Positions 51,301 to 60,300 of a stretch of 64,000 nt of DNA are shown in pieces. The notes beneath the pieces were generated by a model, which saw nothing but the letters and a program-made list of their open reading frames with translations, was not told the DNA's origin and did no database searches. Location of the stretch: NCBI GenBank assembly GCA_977030845.1, contig OZ365112.1, forward strand, positions 17,236,001-17,300,000. Reading direction: 5' to 3'. Positions within the stretch are counted from its first letter, which is position 1, and each line of letters opens with the position of its first letter. This DNA comes from Fimbriosthenelais zetlandica. Its lineage: Eukaryota. The translations under genes were made by a program, and so were the position numbers.

Positions 51301-54300
51301 GTCAGGTCGGCTGAGACCTCTGAACTTTGCCATACATAAGACTCCCTTATACGCCCAGATCCGAAACCTCACATTTCCGACACATAAAAGCCTTGGTCGC
51401 CTTTAGAAATTCTTCTTCGGGAACGCTCAATTTGAGGCTCCTATCTCAGAGGGTGTTAAAAAGCGGGGAGATATTGTCAGAAGGGAACCAGATGGTCTTG
51501 TGCTTTATACGATGAAGAAGACCAGTGAAAGCAGCTATATGATGATCTATATGATCTACACAAACACCTGAATAAAAACTCAATGGTCATTCACCCTGGC
51601 TCGTGAAGACACCCCAGCATGGAGGGCTTGCTATACACCATGGAAGCCATTGAGAGTAGTGCATGCACTAAGTCCATTTCCCCAGGCTTCCACTGGCCAG
51701 TCAGTATCCTTCCTACAGGGCTTCCTCAAAGTTAAAGACCTGAGAATGCAGGTGTTCAATCATTACTCCATACAAAAGACTACCCCTTTTTACTTTTTAC
51801 CCCAAAATATGTAAAATATGTGCAAGCCCTGCATCTGCAATTCTAGATAGATGTCCCATTTAATCCAGTCCAGCCAGGTTTGAAACCTTCAAAGGCCCAT
51901 CATGGCATATTCCCCGACAAATTGAGACTGACAAACCCTACCTACAGCATCAAGGAAATGTCAACTCGAAGGGTCTGTCCCATTTATTGTATAGGGCACA
52001 ATACTCCATCAACGGAAATGATGGCAAAATGGAGCACCGGGGCTGGAAGGAAATCTCTAATGTCGTCTGGCAATGACACGTGGAATGAAATGGAATCATG
52101 AGTGTTTCGTAGGTTCATCAAAGAATATATTATATCTTATCGTTTCAGACACAATAAAGATATCCAAGTCTGTTGGATTGGTAAAACACTGCAATACAGC
52201 CTTCAGGGATATCGAAGACAAACCTTTTTTTCACAAAAGCGAATTTCAACCAAATCAGAATTTCCAATACCACCATGGCTCATTTCGTTTATCAGACACC
52301 ATTAATTTTTTGTCACTTTCTCTTTCCATTATTTGTTTTTGGGCTGCATTTTGCATCCCTATATTCCCTAGTGAACTCATTGTTTTTTCTCCCGTGTCGG
52401 CACGGCACGCCAGGAACCAGTATAGGACCTAAAGATCTATAACAGGGGAAAAACACGAGTTCTTATCTCCTGGCTGGTTCTGGAGAGATTACCAGGAAAG
52501 CTGTATATATCAGCAGAAAAAAACAGCTCCTAGTTCAGACTCCTCATTAGAGCAATTTATGGATGGACACTCAAGTCTTTGTGTTCAAGGGTAGAAGTGT
52601 GGAATACCTTAACAAACCCTGGATGTGTAAAAAGCGTTATACAGTGGCCTTGACTAAAACTATGGAGAACAGTAAGTGTAGAGGCATGAAGGCAAGTGGA
52701 TCAGAAATTGGATCTGAAATTGTGTAGACGTCATACATTCTTCACTGATCGACAAAGCCTATCACAGAAGCACACAAAAGGTTTGTCATGAATTACAGAC
52801 CACCGTTGTGAGTCGATCTGACAGATCTTTGAGACTTGTATACGGCTGACATAACATGTCTAGCAGGTCAGACATGCCGACTGCCTGTAAGGAGAGGGTC
52901 GAGGCTGACTGTTGGAAGGCAGGTAGCCAGTCTACTATAGTTGAGGCTGTCCTACACTATAGCCTCGAGCTGTGAAATATAAGCCTTTTGACAACTTCTT
53001 CACCAGGAGAATATACAAGCCCTGAGGCATGCAGAGGACAAGCTAATTTTCAATGGAACGATGCTAATACCGTTTACCATTTAATGCATTCGTCTGTCAT
53101 TTTCATCACAGGAGCAACAGCTGCTTCCCGCATTCCAATCAACAAGACGGCCTAAAATAAAGTTTTGTAGGGACTGGAAAGATAAAGCGTCAGATATTTG
53201 ACTTCAGAGAAACTAGATTTTTCCCAAATCTGCATGGAAACCAAGTAAGGAACGCACTGGTACGTACAAAGGGCCAAGAAGTATATTCTATGTGAAGTTC
53301 CACATTGATTTGCCAGGTCTACTTATCAAAGCCTTGAGGCATAAGGTTCTTTACCTCTCGCATTATAAAAGGCATAAAAATCCTTTCATTCAGTCACTAT
53401 TGAAGAAAGGCATTGGAAGCCTGAGTAGGCATCAATGGGGGGCAGACTCGAGACATCAGCTCCAAGTCACTTCAATGTTCGGGTGTGGCTTCTAAGATCC
53501 TGGCAACCGAACTTCTCAACAAGTGGACTGCTCTAAATCAATGCAGAGAGTGCCATAGTGTCTAGCCATCGTGGCAGACGTCCTATAGAGAGAGGTGAAA
53601 ATCTCCATAATATCCTAAATGGAAGCTAGAGAGAAGGAGCAAGTAACACCAGCTATACTTAAGCCAAGCTTTCGAATGAGTGACTGACATCTTTAGCATC
53701 AAGTCATCTTTTTATCTCCATCAGAGGCAGAGCCGAAAGAACTGGCCTAGCTATTTACATGATTCATTTGACAAAACACTGGGTTTATTCTCCGGTTATA
53801 ATGCTACTTTTCAGGTTCAGGTTGGGTGGTAACCTCTGAATCCTGTTTACCTGATCTTAAGCGTCTTTTGGTAAAGGCAACCTTCAGTGATTGCCTTCTA
53901 TACTTCCCTCAGCTTAAAAGCCACCTTTTCATTTCCCACTAGGAGAGGCAATTCCCCGGGGAAGCTATTTATTTTTTCCCAGCAGACCAATAGTCCTTCA
54001 TACAATCAAGCTGACCGGGCTGGAAACAGTGAACGGGGATCAAGAGGCCAAGGCGTCCACTCGCCTGGCTGGATGTAGCTTCAGAGGTCACATCATGATA
54101 CCTGCCATCTGGCAGGGGAGGTCCAACTGTGAGTGACCAATAAGAGCTTTCATGGCCATGTATTGAAGCCAGCCCCAGCTGATATATGGCCAACACTAGC
54201 CTCTATGTTATCATTTAGATTACCACCAGGCAAAAAGAAATTACTCCTAGGTGCTGGACACGTCTCGCTTTAACCATATATTCTTGTGTTTTGGCACTCA

Positions 54301-57300
54301 TATCAGATGCTCGAAATAAACAAGAGAAAATATGTGACAGCGAAGTAATTTTCCAGACTGGTAAACAAACTGACCTTTCGCCAGAAGCGAAGGATTAAGA
54401 ATGGATTTTGCAAGATCAGGGCGAAATTAATGAACAGGCCACTTTATTAAGTGTCCTCACAACAGGCAGCCCATTAGGCAGGGTCAGCAGGTCTGAAGAC
54501 GAATGAGCAACAATCTACAGACAATTACTATAGAGACTCATTATACCCTTCATGTATGCCATTTGAGGCGGAGAAATTTGACATTCCAGGCAGAAAGATG
54601 AATGATGATTGATGGAATATGTTACGGGGATAAAAGTACCTACATCTAAGTCTGTACTTGTTCTCATATATTACTCGTATGTTACTCTTACAAAACTTGG
54701 GGAATAATCAGTTTTATTTGAGAGGCAGCGGAGGCCATATAGGAGCCTAAACCTACTGCATCAACAGACTTATCAGAAAGTCGTTAAACTAATGTGAAAC
54801 CAAGCATTGGACTAGTAAGGCCTAGGCTTCCCTTTATAATTAATCAACCTGACGAGGGAAGATTCTACTCAAGGCAAATAAAGGGCCACTTTTTCAAGCT
54901 TTATCAAGGGAAGGAAACATACCTCCCATTCCCTAATTAATCTATTCCTACAGGTCCTGTTTGAAGCTTGGGAATTTCCATATGGACGGAGCTGGTTGGA
55001 AATAAGCATGATTATTTCACAACAGTTAACAAGGACTGGCAGTCTCTGCTTCAAAGGTCCAGGGATGAAATCTTTACGTGCCAGAAGCATTCTCAGTCAG
55101 AAAATGATCGGCCAAAGTAGAGACCGGGTTCTTTCTTTCAAACTAGGTTCATTTATACAAAGAAAGCAAGTTTGGTTCCTTAAGGCAGGCAAGCTTCCTT
55201 GAAGATTTTCTTTCATGGAAGGATTAGAATAAATGACGAATAGTAGCGTATCATAATGAATCCACCCCACAAAAAGACTCAGCAAAAAGATCCAACAACT
55301 CAAACGTGAGTTCAGAGGCAGAGAAACTGATAATGGGAGATGCAGAGAAAGGCAATCAGGAACACAAGGATCAAGAGAAACCAATGGAGTGGAGCAGCAG
55401 GATTGGTAACATAAAAAGTAGCAATTTATCTTTAATTGCTATGTTTAATGAGCAGAAACTTAACGTGGATTACATGGAATGCCTTAAAGTCTTGCATGAA
55501 AGTAACATTCACATAAAAGAGATAATGTAATCCAAGAGAAGTTCCCAAACTCTTACTCTGGGAAAATAGACCGACTAGGAGAAGGTCTCTCTGAAAGACT
55601 ATTAAAAGAGAGTGAACATGTGTGTATCGCTCATAGAGCAGGGCTCCGTGCAATTCTGACCAGGTTCACTTTGAAGGCAGGGTATCGATCTGGGCTGGAA
55701 GCAGGGCTGGCTGGGGTTATAGAGGGGGTGATTCCCTCAGCTTTTATCGGCAATGTTTTACTTAAAGTTCCCCACACATCATGTAAATAGGCCTACAAAG
55801 AGGTTGAGAGGACAGACGCCTCCCTCTCAGAGGACCAATGCAAATTAGGGGTTTGAAATGGATTACAATGTGTAAAGACATATCTTCTCGTTCGACCTTT
55901 CCACACTTGGAAAATTTAACAAATTGACTCCATTCAAAATTCAAGGAAGTCAATAGGGAGAACAAATATGTCTCCAATGAAGTCAACATGTATGATGTGC
56001 TGAACAAGATGATAATTATCTTGTATCCAGCCAACTGCATCAGTATGAAGGAAAAGACTTGGTCTAAAGTCCAACATAGAGTTCTGAACGAAAGTAGGAC
56101 CCAAGGACAATAATAAGCAATGCATATTTATGGGTCTCTCATTGGAAGGTGCAGACTTAATGTCATTACCGCTTCGTGATTAACTCTGAGTTACTCAATG
56201 AGGCACAGGTTGTAAAGGTAGAAACACACTTAGACATGCGAGAAAATCATAACACATTACTACCACTTCACCGCCGCTAAGCCCCACGCCTATAGAAAGC
56301 TAACACTAAACCAAAAGAAAGAAATGCAATTAGACAGGCTCATAATAGAGGGATTGAAGGCGTTCTCCCGGCTTTATTACTGATTTATCAAGCAGGGGGA
56401 ATTACTCTTTCATTAAGGGCAATAAACTTTATCTAATTTGCTTACAGACACGCATAGAGATGAACAAGGACAGTAAAACGTAGATTGGTGTCCTTCCTGA
56501 AAGCCCCTTGCATGTTCATATTTTAGAGCCAACTGGTCTAATGGAGCATCCGAAAACGCTTTACATTGCCGTGAATCAATAATGAATAAGGAAAGCTAAT
56601 AGAAAAATGGCAAAAACTGAATTATTATTATAGACAGTAAGCCAATCTACCTTTATGGTTCGTGCAAGCTTTAAGTAAGTGGGAAATGGGATTTCGCAAC
56701 ATGAGCAATAAAGTAGAATTTGATGTTGTGTGCAGAAGTAGGTAGAGTGAATTGGAGGTGGCCCTGTAATATAGAGATACGGAAGGCACCTGAAAAGTAC
56801 ATCCCAGGTTCCATAATCAAATAGCTTTGTTCTGAACCTATACTTCAAGGCAATGGTGTCAAATTTCGAATCATAACTGAAGCTTTCCAAACAAACAACT
56901 ACTACCTGACATTCTGAAAGCTAAAAATACAATAGCTAACCTAATAGGAATTAATAAGTCAGAGAAGGAAGATCATATTGACGAGGAAGGATTTGTGAGA
57001 ATCCATTCCTCGACACTCACAAATCCTTCCTCGACACAACTTTTACCTCAGTACAACGACTCAGATGAGATAAAGGAGAAAACCAACATGATAGAACAAA
57101 TGCAAAGAGGCGATACAATTTGACATAATTATCCCAGCAGAGCAAATCAACTGCGAGAGCTTCAATTATCGATGTGTTATCACCTAATTCATTCTCCTCC
57201 CATTATCACATCACTGTCACAAATGAGCGTGGAGGACAAGATGCCAGTTGAAAAAAACACTGTACGCAGTTTGGTAATGGGTGCAGTGGAAACAGGGGTT

Positions 57301-60300
57301 ATTTAATAAGAAGGGCTATATATTTATAAGAGTGAAAAGCTCTGGGTCGGAGGCTTCCCCTCCTGCTGACTTACCTAAACACCTTTGTTAGTAAGAAAGC
57401 AATAATGAGAAGTGATGTCTGCCTCGTCTAATAAACTCTAATCACTGCACTTAATTAAAGTTGCGAGGTAGCGGCTAAAGGTAGGCAGCTCCCTTGGTGA
57501 TAAGATATATTATCCCTAACTCACCGAGCACATGTTAAATGCTGGAACGTAGCATAAAATCCCATTATATGGGAATAATTTACTAACACAGAAACTCGGC
57601 AAGCTAATTGTTTCTATGGACCTAATGGCGGTTCACAATGTGAACATATCTTTCTCGATTAATAATGTAAGAGACATTTCGCCATTAAATGCAAAATAAA
57701 TGCTTTCGTCCTCAGGAAATGTTCCATGGCAGTGTTTAGTATGTCTGTGGAAATGCAGAGCAGTGGAATTCATTGGAACGAACAACTAAATGAACCAAGT
57801 TATCTCTCATATTGTCACACTGTGCATCTTCCACAAAAAAGTAAAAATATAGAAGTATCTTACTGTGGCTCATTTATAGCAGGCATGGCGACAGCCAAGT
57901 TCTGAAGCGATATGACTTTATGCGTTGGTGTGTCAAACTAATGATATGCCTGAATACAACTACAGAAAATTGCATACAGCGATGGTGTTAGAACTAAGGG
58001 CAAACGACAAGTACGAAGATGGAAATAGACAGTGAGATAATGTTAAATGTAAGGATGAAAGCAGCTGCTGCTGATTGTGTATTACAGTTGTCAGAATGAA
58101 TACTGGAGCCTACTGGATGAGTAGACCACCATACAACCAACATAGACAGTATGTACAGACTGTTAAAGGTAGAGACTACATGAAGGCTATATGTGTACAT
58201 ATATGGAATATCTCGGTTTTATGAAGAAGGTAACTTAGCCAGACAATACATCATAACATGTCAAGTAAAGTTTGCATTCCCTGTACAACACATCTCATAT
58301 GTATAATTCATGACAATAGAAAAAGATATATGGAAAAGACATCAGTCAGCGAAAAGGCTTACTGTTAATGCGGGGCGATGTGAAGGAGGGATAAGCTAAT
58401 ACCCTATCCCAACACACAAAATGGTCACTTATACTTATTACAAATAATAGTTAAGCCGCTGAAAGGAAATGTAGAAATACCACTGAAAACAAATATGTTA
58501 GCAAAGTGTAAAGTATAGGACACTAACCTGTGGGAAGTACTGTGAGAGCCTCTTCATATACTGTGTAACACAAATCCTCTGCTTCTACGTTCATCGATCC
58601 TAATTTTAGAGACAAAAGTGTTAATATAATAACTCAGACACCAGCAGCCGAAATGTGATAATATTATATGTGGAAAACTTCAACCTAAAATTTACACCTA
58701 CCATTTTCCTGACCTCGGCCAGTGGAATGATTCTCTAGATGTCTTCTTGCAAGGGCGTCCCATGTCTTCTCCGAGTTATGATGGAATAGCTTCAAGCTGG
58801 AAAATAGTAACAATACACCGTCACAGAATTACCCCTTTATGTTCTATATTAGTTTGATTTCAAACTGACAAATATTTTAAAAGCTATACAAACATGTCAT
58901 AATAGAGTTGTTCCCTACTCCCAACAGTTGGACGCCCTGAACTGTGTAGGCAAATCTTACAAGGGCCTGTGATGTAACAGGCTCATAGCCAAACAATCAT
59001 ACCTAACTTGATACCCCCGAAATTACCCAGATCAGAGATTGTTTGGTTATGAGCCTGATATAGTAGAGACCCTTCTTGGCTTTGCCTCTGCAGTTCAGAA
59101 CGTCCAACTGTTGGGAATAGGGAACAACTCTAATAGAAACTGAATATTTCAGATAGTTATAACAATAATTCATTCACACATTTCAATACATTAATATCAC
59201 TTACTGGTCGAAAATATGATCCGCCAAGCTTTTGGCAAATGGGAAGTCTTTAAGTATGGGAAGAAAGGCCAAAACAAAGTCGATAACATCTGTAATAGAA
59301 AATACACTCCCTGAATCAAATGACATCATGGATATTATCAAGCTTTAAGGGCGATGGATTAAGAAATTTACTTCGTCAGAGGAAACTTAACAGCAGAGTC
59401 AGTTGTGAACAACAGTAAGCTATGAAAATAAGTAAGTTAACGAAATATATATATATTATAGTAAGGAATACAACAGTGGCAAAAAAGACATACTTGGGAC
59501 TTGGTCTACAGCCTGTTGGAATACTACTTCAGCAATCTTTCCATCCACTACCACATCAGCTGTTTCTGAATCATCCTACAAATCATAAGTTGAGAAGTAA
59601 TATATTTTAATATTACAAACGTTCTTTATGCATTTAGATAATATTCAATCAATCATAAGTCAGAAAGCCAATGCCTTCATATCCACATTGATATTGCTTA
59701 GAAATAATAAGCTTAAGATGGGAACAACCAATGTTGCATGCCAATATATATGCAAAACTTACAACATCCATAAGTGCAATACCAAGGACCTCTCTTCGTT
59801 TCTTCAACTGTAAAAAAAAATCGCATGAATTAATAGGTAAATTAAATTGACCAGTAATTATATTCACACATATGGTATATATTTTGGTGATCCTTCAAGT
59901 TAATTACCCATTTCGGTTTAATAAAGAAGCCGTAGTTAATTTGTATTCGATTAAACTGACGACAGTACCTTATCAACGTTGAGTAGCTCCATTCGAAAAT
60001 ACTAAAATAGAAAATGGGTAATAGGTTCATAAAAAGTTGTAAAATTGAACACAACATTTATACATAAAACATAAACTCACCCTACAATAAGAGCTGAATG
60101 TATTAGACAGTAAATTCAAGCATAACATTTCATCAGGGTGTCAATGATTCTGGATTACCTCAATCCACAATTTCTGTGACTCGGGCAAGAATCGTAGCCC
60201 CCTCTGGAGTAAATTGCGAGCATTCTCCATCGATGCGTTAGTCTCTATTTCCCACTTGGCAGCAGCGATCCAGAGAGCTGAAAGTTTAACAGAACATCAA

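Larger units (their letters stand above)
8084..58527 (-). other. UTP6 intron 14, 50,444 bp
   Basis: Lies between phase-compatible exons 14 and 15; no other UTP6-like exon found between them. Confidence 0.8.

Noticed and set aside
56100-58170. Series of minus-strand acceptor/donor pairs (around 58159, 57949-57863, 57150-57047, 56763-56651) as further UTP6 exons or a second gene
   Set aside because: I could not join them into an open frame or match them to UTP6; the true next exon is at 8010-8083
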